A DNA stretch of 64,000 bases, taken from assembly GCA_030704615.1 (NCBI GenBank), contig CM060732.1, positions 26,288,001 to 26,352,000 on the forward strand, read 5' to 3'. Position numbers and translations under genes: made by a program. Of this stretch, positions 50,631-62,605 are shown one piece after another. This stretch comes from Takakia lepidozioides. Taxonomy: Eukaryota > Plantae > Bryophyta. The notes beneath the pieces are model-generated. The model saw nothing but the letters and a program-made list of their open reading frames with translations. It was not told the origin of the DNA and searched no databases. Position 1 is the first letter of the stretch. The number at the start of each line of letters is the position of its first letter.

Positions 50631-53182
50631 ATGTACAACGGGATAGGGCTAACGACACCGCGAGGGTCGGGCACCAATGGGTACATTCAGACCAACAAAT
50701 TCTTTGTGAAAGCCCGGCCCATCAGATCAGAGCCCCGGGAGTTCCAGAATGGGCAGGGAGCTGGGGGAATTACGAGAAAGGCGAACAAGGAGATCTTGGA
50801 GCATGATCGAAAGAGGCAGATAGAGCTCAAGTTGACAGAACTGGAGGACCAGCTGGTGGATCAGGGATACCCTGACGAGGAGGTCCTTGAGCAAGTGGAG
50901 GCGTTTCGGAAGGTTTTAGAAGCTGCTGTCAACGAGGGTGAGGCTCTTGCTGGTGCCGCTGACTCGACCAGGTACAGTTATTTACTGTCCGCTGAATTTA
51001 TGCATTCCGTTTTTTGGAAAAGTACTCACACGGGGGAGGGGCCGGGGGATCCAGCCATCGGTTGGCCGCATCTTCATTTCATATCGTGGATTGTGTTTGC
51101 AACCAATGTGTCACTGCCTTGGGATCTCCTTTTGCATGCTTGGCAGATCGAGGGTTTAAGTTTTGTGGGATCCGCGTTTAGGCGGAAGAGAACTTATTAA
51201 TGACGTCTAGAACCTTTTCTACAATTGCTGCAATCAGCCAGTGTTTACAAACAAGTGAGAAACAGAGAGAAAGTAAGGTCAGCTTAAAACTAGAGATCGT
51301 TTTGATCCATGTCGAAAGTTGCTGGATAAACCCTAACACGGTGGCTAGAGTCATTGAGCGTTTTCCTTGGAACCGGGTCCTTTACGGCATTTAGAGCATG
51401 GGATACTCCCCCTGGAGCCAGTTGTGGGCTCATCCCTAACTTATAGAGTACAGTCTTATTGGAAATTTAGTGGCTGATGTATGAGCTGGTATCCTGTCAG
51501 ACACCACAATGTTCATTCCAGCACTGTTACTGTAGCGTCCAATTTGTGCACAGATGTGACAGTGTCAGCCATACCTTGCAGAGAAATGGGAAGGTGGAGA
51601 GAGAGAAAGAAGAGACGTATGCCTGAGGCCTTAGTCTCCATGGGATACCAATCCTTCTGGAGCTAGTTTTGGGTTTCCATCCGACCAGGGTACAGTACTC
51701 AGGAGCAGCGGACGCACTAGTTACAGATGGTAGATTGTTCAATCCCTGGTGTCAACAACATATCATACTTTGCGAGGATCATTTCAGCCTTGCTGCTCTA
51801 GCTCCCTCAAACGCGACACATGGGGCTGTACTTGCCCTGCCAGTTACACAGCAGGCTAAACTGGCAGACACGAAAAAGAAAGAAATTCATCATGTCTGCG
51901 GAGTCTCAAAAATAGATGGAATGTACTAAGGAGACATATGCGGCCATAGACCCTGTGCGCAGTTTGGGCGGAACAAGAGGGAACAGACAGCACCTTCACT
52001 GCAGTAGTGGGACTTACCCTGGTAGTATAAACAAATTAGGCTTTCCAGATTTCCTCTAGAAAGCCCTTCACACAAGTATCAATCTGCTGTGTGTGAGCTG
52101 CCCAGCAACTAGACCCCAACCGGGCTAGGGCTTTAGGTGCAGCCTCGAGATTTTGAAAGTGGGTGAACAAGGGGTGCAGTGACTAAGTTCTTGATGGTCC
52201 TGAAGAGGGTTGCTCTCTCATGAGAATACCCCAGACACTGCACATGGAAATTGACAAACCCCTTTCCTCTCTGCATCTGTTTTTTTGTTCATAGGTAGAC
52301 TCCACACAATTTCAGTCTAGTAGTGAGGCTTGGTAGGCCTTTCAGATCATCCTTAATGTCCTCCCCCGCGTCACAAACCGGAAACAAGTTCAGCAAAGTT
52401 TTAGGCCAACTTTGTTTTGTTCAGTTTCTTCGTTCTTCCAACATTGCCTTAGACACTTCAGCCTCCAAGTCAGCTTCATCTAGAGGGTCAGTTGCCTAAT
52501 ATTCAGGTCCTTGAAAATCTCCTCAATCTTTCCCGCCAGGACTTCGCCTGTTGAACAGAACGGTGTTCCTTTCGAAGAAATAGGGTCGATCATCTTAGGG
52601 TATCTGGTATTAGGAATGCGATTCAACTGACCCCACCATCTGACCTTGGGCTCGTCCTGTCGAGAGGTGGTACGCCAAACTTGCCCCAAACAGCCACGTT
52701 AGCTGTTCTAACGCTGACAAGCTCTTTCTCAGCTCCAAAATTGACAGAGATAGTGAGAAGACACATATGGCTGACTCTGTTGGAATTCCTTTTGCAGGGT
52801 GTCAAATACACAAAGCCATCAGGTAGCAGCGCAAAAGGAGAAGAAGATGGAGACCATGAGAGCAGCGTTGGGCCTGGGAGAGGTGAAGGAGGGTGAGGCA
52901 TTTGATCGGGAGCTCCAGGAGCAGCGCAAGCAGGAGCGTATCCAGGTACGTGAGGACAAGGAGCGAGAGCGTCGTGAGAAGCAAGCTGCCATAGAGAAGG
53001 AGAAAAGGCATAAAGAGAAGGAGAAACGCCGGGAGGAGAAGGAGAAGGAAAGAGAGCGCGAAGAGGAGGAGCGGAGGCAGAGAAAAGCTGAGAGGAAAGC
53101 TCGCCGCGAGCAAGATGAAGAGGAACAAAGACAGGAGAAGGCAGCGAGGAAGAAGAAGCACAGGCATCATGACCATCGATGA
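50631..53182 (+). CDS. CWC21: cwf21/CWC21-domain (SRRM2-like) pre-mRNA splicing factor; exons 50631-50971, 52798-53182; about 241 aa
   Basis: MYNGIGLTTPRGSGTNGYIQTN, KEILEHDRKRQIELKL, QSHQVAAQKEKKMETMRAALGL, EGEAFDRELQE, then a charged tail. Confidence 0.93.
51924..52735 (-). mobile_element. RTE-like LINE 3' fragment in the CWC21 intron
   Basis: DEPKVRWWGQLNRIPNTRYPKMI, KIEEIFKDLN, DEADLEAEVSKAM and DDLKGLP are homologous to the MTA-intron copy. Confidence 0.78.
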
Positions 53183-54357
53183 TACTAATTTGGAGGAGCT
53201 GGAAACCCAGAGTTTTTGTAACATATGCTTTGACTAAATGGCAATCATGGTGGGGGTACCCTAGTAGTTTGATGTTAGGGGTGAACACAGGTTGGCATGC
53301 TGACTCTCAGTACACTTCCTTTGGTATCCTGTACTGTTTGGGTGATACGAACAAGTTTTATGGTGGTAACGCTCCACATTAACCAAAGCAAGGGTGCGTA
53401 TCCATCTTCTGTGATCCGCACTGTTACAACATGAACCACCTTCCGTTGATTGCCAATGAGGACCACATTCATCACTTTACCTTCAGATGTGAACAGCTGT
53501 ATTGTCTCATAAAGTTTGAGCCCTATTTTGTTTGTGATCAAGTTTTCCTAGCCCTGTTGTGAATGTGGTGTATAACTGCAACAGAAGTTCTTATCTGGCA
53601 GTGTTGATACAGCACGATGAACAATTCCAAATAGGAAAAATGATGCCATTACATCTGTTATGAACGATTAACACGGCAGTGTTCATCAATCAAAGAATTT
53701 CCAATGAGGTCGATCTGGTGACATGGTTCTTGTAGGGTGTCTGAAAGCAAGCAAGGTAGGTGTTTGGCACTTTATGAGTTAGAACAAATGCAAATTGTTG
53801 CCAAAGGATCTGCCATTTCAATGTATGGTGCACAACATAAGATTTGAACAGTTTTCAGCCCCAATGTGAAGCCAATAGAGCTCACCAGTTATCCTTCAAG
53901 TTCATGGTTTCCCTGCAGTGCCTCCTAGAGCTCTGTGGACTCCAAAGTGCAGGTGCAAGAATTCTTGTGAATTGCCACTGTGACATACCATTTCCTGACA
54001 TTATGTATATATTTTCTTCCCAGTTGGGGTACACCATGGGGGCCCTGTGTCAATATTGCCACTTTATTTGTCTTTCCATGGCCTGATGGTGACCAAAACT
54101 GTTTTACAATTCCAGCTGTGCTTATCTGCAGCATTTACAGCATTTACATCCCTTTGTCTTTCTAAAGGGTTTGGTACATCCTCATAAACAAAACATGACT
54201 TGAAATTTGATGTCTCAATCTTTCACATCAGTGACCTGTGGGCTACTACTGTTCAGCTACTATAGTCTGTTTTGGGTCAGCACCTTCATTGAAACTTATG
54301 TCCTCTTCCTGTCAGTGCAGTCTACAACAATTACAATAAGATAAATTGGCTTGCAAC

Positions 54358-55540
54358 CTAAATCCCACTTTTAGAGAGGTCTGACTTAATTTGAAAGTCG
54401 GAACTGTAAGGATGCCTTGAGCGCCATTTCCAGGCTATCGCTAAACTTTCTTGCAGGTCTGTATACTTGGCTGTCAGTTGAGCTCCTGCTGGATCTTGGC
54501 AGGATTGCTGTATACCTCAGCATAATCACCAGGCCGCCGGACCAAATAGTCTACAGTTATGTTCACCCCAGTGGCTGCCTTGCATGCTTCAACAAACTCC
54601 TTGACTGATCTTCCTGCTTGCCAGCCCCGCATACCCAGCATTTGAGATTCTACTTATCTCTCTGTCTGTCAGTAAGCTAGGAGGATAGTAAATATTTAAG
54701 CTACAAGGAAGGACAGCGAGTTGCACCTTGCCCTGTGCCCACATTGTAGATGCCCACTTTCCGAGGTTTTGCATTGACCATCGCCTTCACATGAGCATCC
54801 ACCAGGTCAGTCACGTGGATGTAGTCACGTATGCATGTGCCATCTGTTGTGTTGGAGTTTGTACCCCTCACCTGCACACAGTAGGCCTCCTATTTGTAAT
54901 CAGGAAGGGAGAAAAACTGGGAATACCAAATCAACCATAAAAGATCCCACGGTTGGAGAAGGCCTAAGCAACCGAACTGCAACTGCCCCTCCTACGCTCT
55001 CCTCTCCTCCTCGCCAGTTCTGTCCAAACTAGATGCAGCCTCTCTCACAACAAGGCTATAACAAAGCAATGTGAAAGGAATGTTCACAAACCCAGCCACC
55101 AAAACACGGTAGGGCTTATTGCAAAACCGATTCATTCTCTTCCCTCAAGTAGTTTCATAGTGAGGCTAGCACCTCTAGCCCAGGAGTTATCCTCGCAGCA
55201 GCATCAAAGCAAGCTCCTGATATGCGCCCATGCTTCCGAAGCTCCGGTCTAGGGGCTTCTCCAAGTCTACCTTTTGGATCTGAGCCGATCACATTGAAGT
55301 ACCTAGAATCCATATTCAAGAGCAGGAGTGTTATATCTGACTGTGAGTCTCACATATAACAGCGAGGAAACCTTAGTATACAAGTTCCAACTTCTATTTT
55401 TGGAAGCACCTCAAGCAAGTGCAAAAGTAATGTGAGAACCCGAACCTCAAGATCATGACGGCCAAATTGGCGGTGTCTGCATAGTCCTTGATTAACTCCT
55501 CTGCCATCTTCTTTGCCTTGCCATATGGGTTTATTGGTAC
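54358..55540 (-). pseudogene. UDP-arabinose 4-epimerase (MUR4/UXE-like), last four exons only (55540-55446, 55302-55173, 54871-54727, 54613-54358), two 1-bp deletions in the last exon
   Basis: [87 protein letters not shown]. No 5' exons in the window. Confidence 0.88.
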
Positions 55541-55689
55541 CTAGACACAGTTGTATTAAAGTGCTAAGGTTTACTTCAAATAGAAAGCCAAGCAGTCATG
55601 ACTTGGGGAAGTCAAAAGATCTAAACGTAGAAACCACTGCACAAGTCCCTTGGATTCGTCGTTGCCGCCGGCACCATTGCCCAAGAGCA

Positions 55690-56243
55690 AGTTAGGTAAT
55701 CCTCCATGAATGGTTCCCAGCGCCGTGCCACAAGCTCGCACGAGGAGGCCATCCTGCAGGTCAGGGTGAAGCATCTTCAGGACACGGACCTGATGCTTGC
55801 ATAAGTTTCCCTTCATTGCCCATGGGCACGTGCAACAACCCCAATCGCAATCAGGATTGTAAACAATGTATGTTGTGCCGGGGTGGTTGCTGCTGAGAAC
55901 GTAGGCTGGTTCACCAGGACCCAAGGGAAGAGTAACACTCTCAGCAGGAATGTCTCGTGCCGCAAGTATAGAACTGGATATGTACTTTTCGTGTTTGTCA
56001 TTTCTTATGAACCCGTGGGTCTTCAAATGGATTGCGTACCAGTAATGTGTTAGCACACGGCCAGTGAATTCCCATATAAGCCAGTCCACTCTACGACCAC
56101 TCATCTTGTCTTTCCCCATGACAAGTCTTGCCTTCAGATTTCCATGGTATGCCTCAATGCTTGCGTTTGTGTCTTGGCTCGCATGAGGGACATGGCGGGC
56201 TGCTGTACACCACATTGCTATTTTGGGCTTCCAGTACTGTTAG
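55690..56243 (-). mobile_element. MULE/SWIM transposase, C-terminal part
   Basis: QYWKPKIAMW, HASQDTNASIEAYH, RRVDWLI, and SWIM finger CTCPWAMKGNLCKH. Confidence 0.85.
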
Positions 56244-59200
56244 ATTTTGCCTAAAGAGAATTCATTGCCAAAAACTCACTATGAAGCAAAAACCATGATT
56301 GCCAAGATGGGATTGCAGTACACCATGATTCATGCCTGTGAGCGTGGTTGTGTACTCTTCCGTGGGGAGTATGAGAATGTAGACATTTGCCCAGTGTGCC
56401 GCAGTTCCCGTTACATTCCAAGTCGTTGAAGTGTGCCCAAGAAAGTATTGCGACACTTCCCTGTCATTCCAAGGTTGAAACGTATGTACCGATGTAAATC
56501 GATCGCTAACCTCATGACATGGCACGACAGACATAAGAGCCAGGATGGGTTGGTTCGACATCCAGCTGATAGCAAAGCATGGAGACACATTGACACCACA
56601 TTTGAGGATTTTGCTGCAGAGCCACGATCTCTTCGATTTGGATTGGCCTTAGACGGTGTAAATCCCTACGGAGCTCAATCCACAAGTTGGAGCACATGGC
56701 CCGTTCTCTTGGTCAATTACAATCTGCCTCCGTGGTTAATGACCAAAAAGTTCTTTGTCATGTTAGCGCTACTGATTCCTGGTAAGGAGTCTGTTACCTC
56801 GGACAACGTAGATGTTTACCTGATGCCCCTAGTGGAAGAGCTACTGGAACTATGGAGAGGGATTGCAGCTCATGATGTTTCCCGTCCTCGTGGTCAACGC
56901 GAATTCACACTGAGGGCAGTGTTGATGTGGTCAATCCATGACTACCCTGCATATGGCTTGCTCTCAGGTCAAGTGACGAAAGGTTATGCTGGTTGTCCAG
57001 CTTGTGGACCCGGGGTGACTTCACAGCAGTTACACACATGTGGAAAAATTGTTTTCCTAGGCCACCGAAGATTTTGGCCCGCAATCATCCATATAGAAGG
57101 TCAAGAATGTTCAATGGCGCTACTGAGCATGGAACTTCTCCAAAAACGCAGACTGGAACACAAATCAAGGAGCTTGCAACAGCTCGCACTGCATGGGTAG
57201 AAAACAGAGGGACGCCAGATAGCAGAACAGACCTAGCAAAAACTCATGGAGTTAAACGATTGTCAATTTTATATGTCTTACCTTATTGGGAGGTAATTCC
57301 TTCATGGCCTTTAAATTGGCTGTGTACATTTTTGCGTTTTCTGTTTAAATTGTGATGAGTAAATGCTCAATTGCTTATGTGTTCATTTTGTAGGGTCTCC
57401 TCATCCGCCACACGTTTGACGCAATGCATTGCGAGAAGAACTTGGCTGAAAATATTATTAAAACTATCTTTGGTGAGAAAGACACATTGAAAGTTCGCCG
57501 TGATTTGGAGCTACTTGGGATGCGCCCGGAATTGTGGCTACAACGTGATCCTGACAGAGCGGATACGTTAATTATGCCTCTTGCCCCTTATGTCCTCACT
57601 GAGGCTGAGTTACAAGTCTTTCTGGAGATTGTGCAGAACTTGAAAGTGCCAACAGGCTACGCATCAGCTTTCAAAAAACATGTGGTAAAGAAGAAGTTGT
57701 CTGGCATGAAATCACATGACTATCATGTGCTCATGCAGCAAATTATACCGCTTGCTATCCATGGGCTCATGCCAAGTGGTCCTCGAAGGGCATTTTGCGA
57801 GTATGTCGTGTATTTAAGAAGTTGTGTGCAAAAGTGGTGAATCCTGTAGAGTATGAGGAATTGAGAACTGAAGCAGTTCTCACTCTGTGTCTTATAGAGA
57901 AGGAGTTCCCATCATCATTTTTTGATGTGATGACACATCTGGTTGTTCACCTAGTGGATGAGTTGTACTTATGTGGGCCCGTAGCATCTCGTTGGATGTA
58001 CCCCATGGAGCGGGCAATGAAAGATATGAAGGGCTACGTAAGAAACATGGCAAGGCCCGAGGGGAGCATGGCAGAAGGATACCAATTTGAAGAAGCATTG
58101 GGTTTTTGCACAGAGTATATGGCAGATTTGATGGAAGTGTACGAAGGGTGTGGGATGCAGATGAGGCAGAATCTGTGGAACGTGAAGTTGTGGAAGGAAG
58201 TTCTAAAGCCCGAAAATTGAATGACCTGTGTGATATTGTACATGAGTACATCATTCAGAACCATCCTCGTCTGTCAGTCATGTTGGGGTAAAAATCTACT
58301 TCATTGACATTCAGATTTCCAAGTTTTAGTCATTTATCATTAGTTGGCATATGGCGTCTTTTCAAATCTCCCACGCCACCTCTGTCAATCTCCTGGCTGA
58401 CCCTCAGATTGTGACAGGATATATGAAGCAGAGTCCACACGGATAGAAGCCAGACGACGCTTGTTTCGTGAGGAGCAAGGGCTGGAAGGCATGAGCAATC
58501 CCACGGCAATTCAGTACCCTCCTGATTTGCATCCTTGTCCTCCATTGCTGTTTGGCTCCCTCAAGGTGTACGGGATCATCTCTCAATTCAATCAGATGGG
58601 CTTGATCCTACAACACGTGAGGAATTACTGGATCTTTCAAGGCCTCCATCATTTACTGCCCTGTCATTCAAGAGTATGACAGCATATGGTAACCATTACA
58701 GGGTTACATCCCCCGGCATGAACACAACAAGTATGGTGTCTTTTGATTGTGGAGTCTCATCTGTTTTCCAGCACCAGCCCATTACCAACAATTCAGGCAA
58801 TGACATGGAGGAACCTACAAGATATGTGGGTCTTATAAGGGAGATTTTGCAAATTGACTATGGCCAAACACAGCCTATAGTGTTTTTGTGTTCGTGGGTA
58901 CGGGCGAGTCGCGTGGGTCGTCAACCTATGTCAATGAAGCAGGATGATGTTGGCTTCACACTTGTCAATTTTAACCGTATGCTTCCACCTTCTGAGCAAC
59001 CTTTTGTGTTTCCTGGCCAGGTTGATCAAGTGTTTTTTTTCTGATTATGTGAAGGAGCCGGGGTGGAAAGTCGTCCTGGAGAAGAGCCCCCGAGCACGTA
59101 GAGTGGTCTGCGACATATCAATTGATAATGATGATGTGGCGGAAGTGGAAGGATTGTTAGCCCCACAAAGACTAGAGGAGACTCTGGTTACTGATGGCCC

Positions 59201-59372
59201 AACATGCAGCCGAGCGGTACCGGTTACTCCAGAGCAGGTGGCCTCCTTGTACCTCCGAGCACCCCGTATATGTGGTGATGATGTTCAGCCAACCCTTGGA
59301 CAAGATCAAGTCTGTGATGAAGACAGTGATACATGTAGTGACCCAGACATAGATGAGGATGATGAAGATTAG
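56244..59372 (+). pseudogene. CACTA Tnp2/TnpD transposase (Transposase_21, DUF4218 and DUF4216-like regions), frameshifted, with introns
   Basis: IHACERGC, HPADSKAW, LDGVNPY, STWPV, HDYPAYG, LPYWE|..HTFDAMHCEKN, GMKSHDYH, FFDVMTHL, RWMYPMER, EGSMAEGY, QPFVFPGQVDQVFF. Confidence 0.92.
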
Positions 59373-61703
59373 ATATGCGCGATTTGTGCACTCCAGTTAT
59401 AGACCATGCATGATAGTTTAAGGTGGTAACACTCCCTTCGCATTCCCATTAAGATATCATGCTTGGACACTGGATTTTATGATCAATTATGGAGTGCTTT
59501 CCTTTCAGCACCCTTTATTCATTTGTTGTTGCAATTGGCTTTGGACCAACCCGTGCTGGTACCATTGCTATGGGTTCTGCCTGCAATGTTTTTTTTGCCA
59601 TGGATTCGGCACACGCCACGAAAGGCCATCCAGACCATCCTCTGGAAATGCTCCAATGTTGTTTCAAACATCTCCACATTGCAATGGATACAACACTGAC
59701 ATTAGATGAGTGAAAGTGAGACTAGACCTCCAGCCAGCCGGCTTTCCCACATCAAATTGAAGGGCATCTGTAGATTATAGATAAGGGCTGTTGCCTTCTC
59801 AATGTCTTTTCCAATCACCTCTGCAATGAACTGGGGTATAAGATCCTTCAAATCAGAAGTTTGAGCATCACGCACAAGCCACTTACGGGGATAGAGTTTC
59901 CAATGCGAACCATGGTCTTTTATTGATAGCATTGTTGTAAAATACATGGACCAACATGGTCAATTTCGGGAATGACATAGTACGCTTTCATGTACTATGT
60001 AAGCATGCAACTATGTACCAGTGACGTGGCTTGTTCGCCACTTAACCTGTTTGCCCATTCAGCCATCTCCACATTGTCATGGATTTTGCATGCTGGATTG
60101 TGAGGCCATCCACACCGTCCTCTGGAAATGCTATCATGGGGTTTCAGCTATGTCCACATTTCCCTGGATTATGCCTGCACGAAGCAAGGCCAACTGCATT
60201 CAGCACCCTCCACTTTATTATAGTATTGCAACAACATTCAAAGCACTTCAATTTGTATCCATCGAAAACATCTAGGCTGGAAAAAGACATTGTTGCAACA
60301 GAACTTAGGAAAGTACTTCTCCCCTTCCACTACACACGTGAAATGAAAGAAGCCAACCAACAGCATACCAGCCAAGAAAATATGAAACCAGCCAAGAAAA
60401 GAGCCAATATATGTAGTGAAGGTCGACACTAAATGAAACTTATCCAACACTTACATTAGAGGAGGGAAGCTAAGTCTTACCTCCATAAGCTTGCCCACAT
60501 CAAATTTGGGAGCTTTCAGAATTTTTCCTTTCCGGTTGAATGAACTTGGCTACAAGATCCTTCAAATCACAGTTTGAGCTTCACACACAATGAACTACAG
60601 GGATTGAGCTTCCAATGCGAACCAGAAGTCTTATATTGATAGCATTGTTGTAAAACACATGGACCAACAATGACAGTCTCTGGAATGACATATAGTACAG
60701 TAATGACATATAGTACAGCATGCCGCTTCCAATTGACCATCTACCCATGTAGGTTTCTTGTAACTATCCCTTCCACAGGGAATCATAGGTAATGTGGAGC
60801 TTGAAATCCAGCCCTCTTGGATGAATCTGGACCCACACTCTATCCCTGCTCCTTTAGCTATCCATGCCTTTGACAGCCTACAATTCTACAGCAAACACCC
60901 CAACCATACTGGTGTGGAGTTCTTCCCCAAAACACCCCAACCTACTTATCACAATCTGAAATGCATCTGTTTCTCTCTGTAGTCCAACAGGCATTCGCCT
61001 TTTTGTCTCCATTGTCCCACCATTGGGGTCGGAAAGTGTTCACCCCAAAGCTTCTCCTCACCTCTATTATATGTTTTTGGATACTTCCCTGCTGCCACAC
61101 TGGCAGTAACTTGCCAAAGTCACTCCAAACCACCACAGATCTACCCAACGACCTAACTTACAGAATTCAATATGCATCTTGCGGCCGAGTCTGATGAGAG
61201 GGCAACACAGGCTGAAATAGGTTGAAGAAGAAGGTGCCCTACCACATTGTCCTTGACCTGTCCTGACCCATGGAGGATTTGACCGATGACCTCTTGTGTG
61301 TGCTGCTTGTGTCTGTAGTCAGGTAATGTCGGATTGGTCTGTGAGATCGAACCACCACGGCATAGATGAGTAGTCAGAGATTGGAACACGCTTGCTAAGA
61401 CCAAGCTGACTCTCCCAAGAACGGCGAGCTCGCTTCTCCTCGTCTCGTCTCCTCCTCCTCTTCTCCTTCGTGCATCATTTTGCTCAACGCCTCCATCCCA
61501 CGCCCCTGCATATCCTGCTATCATCGCGTTCCATCCCTCAGCTATGGTGTGTGGCGCAGGAGACAAAAAAACGCCAAGTCCCAGCCCTCTTTCTGTTCAC
61601 GATTACACTAATGGGCAACCTTATTAGCAATTTTTTAACTTTTTAAAACCTAATGGGCAACCTTATTTGCATTATATGTGCCTTCAAAATGACACGTGTA
61701 GTG
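56244..61703 (+). mobile_element. CACTA (En/Spm) element, 5'-truncated
   Basis: Tnp2-type transposase; right end ...aaaatgacacgtgtagtg (reverse complement CACTACACGTG) at 61703; subterminal repeat ctaatgggcaacctta twice (about 61608 and 61650). No left TIR. Confidence 0.8.
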
Positions 61704-62605
61704 ATGTAGTCGTATAAATAGAGCTCTGAAACCATCTTCAGTCATGGTGTCGCGCACCTCACTTCGGTAAGTTCCCCCCTCAAGTCATAGTTACTCGCCT
61801 GATGCGCGCGCCTAACTCCCAACCCGGCCGCCGGGCCAACTTGGAGCTTCGGCTGCTCACCAGGACATAACGATCCCCCTTTGATCTCCCAAGGAACCCT
61901 CCAACGGTTTGGAACCAGCGGAATTCCCTTTTGTAGTTGGCAGTCCGGAACAGCTCCCCACTCTTTGGTCGCTTTCCGGCTCGCTCGCTTACTCACTAGC
62001 TTTTGGTCACCAATGGGCTTGCACCGTTCTCGGGTTACTATATATATATACTTCTGTAGCTGTCCGCGGGGGTTTCACAAACAACCATGCCATTTATGGC
62101 GAACCACCACGAACACCGACTCCCCCCGGTGATGAGTCGCGGTGAGTCTTGGCCCACCCACCACGGCCCCTATGGACCGTGATGAGTCCCAAGACTCCCC
62201 ACGACTCCCACCCAAAGGTCTCCGCCCCAAGGTGAGTCCTATGCCACCCCCACTAAGTCCCGCTAAGCTACCACCACACCGCAACCCGGTGTGCGGGGCT
62301 CCACCTAGTGAGCGCCTCCGCCTCCTTGAGTGCCTTGGGCACTCAAGGGTGCTTCAGCCCCCTATACCTATCGCTGCCACTGCCCCCACCACAGGGGCAG
62401 CCCCTCTTGTGTCCCGACCCCCCCTCAAGGCAAAGGGCCGCGACACACACCCCTACCAACAGGGAGTCGATGTCCTCATCGGCTTGTCCATTTTGAGGAA
62501 ACGAACATCCAAGTTGTGGCGTCCCACATCAAGGAGTTTGTTTCCGTACCATGGCGTCCCATGGCAAAGAACCAAACCCCACACTTGACTCTACTCTCCA
62601 CTAGC

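Noticed and set aside
53275-53760. Possible extra gene fragment on the minus strand behind CWC21
   Set aside because: Short open frames with no motif I can identify; insufficient evidence.
59702-59947. GSHWKL suggesting a captured Ulp1 SUMO protease
   Set aside because: No catalytic Q..DCG motif was found, the duplicate copy does not keep the frame, and neighbouring sequence fits PPR motifs better.
60328-60418. cactacac...tgtagtg as a mini CACTA element
   Set aside because: No 3-bp TSD and the inverted match is only about 7 bp.
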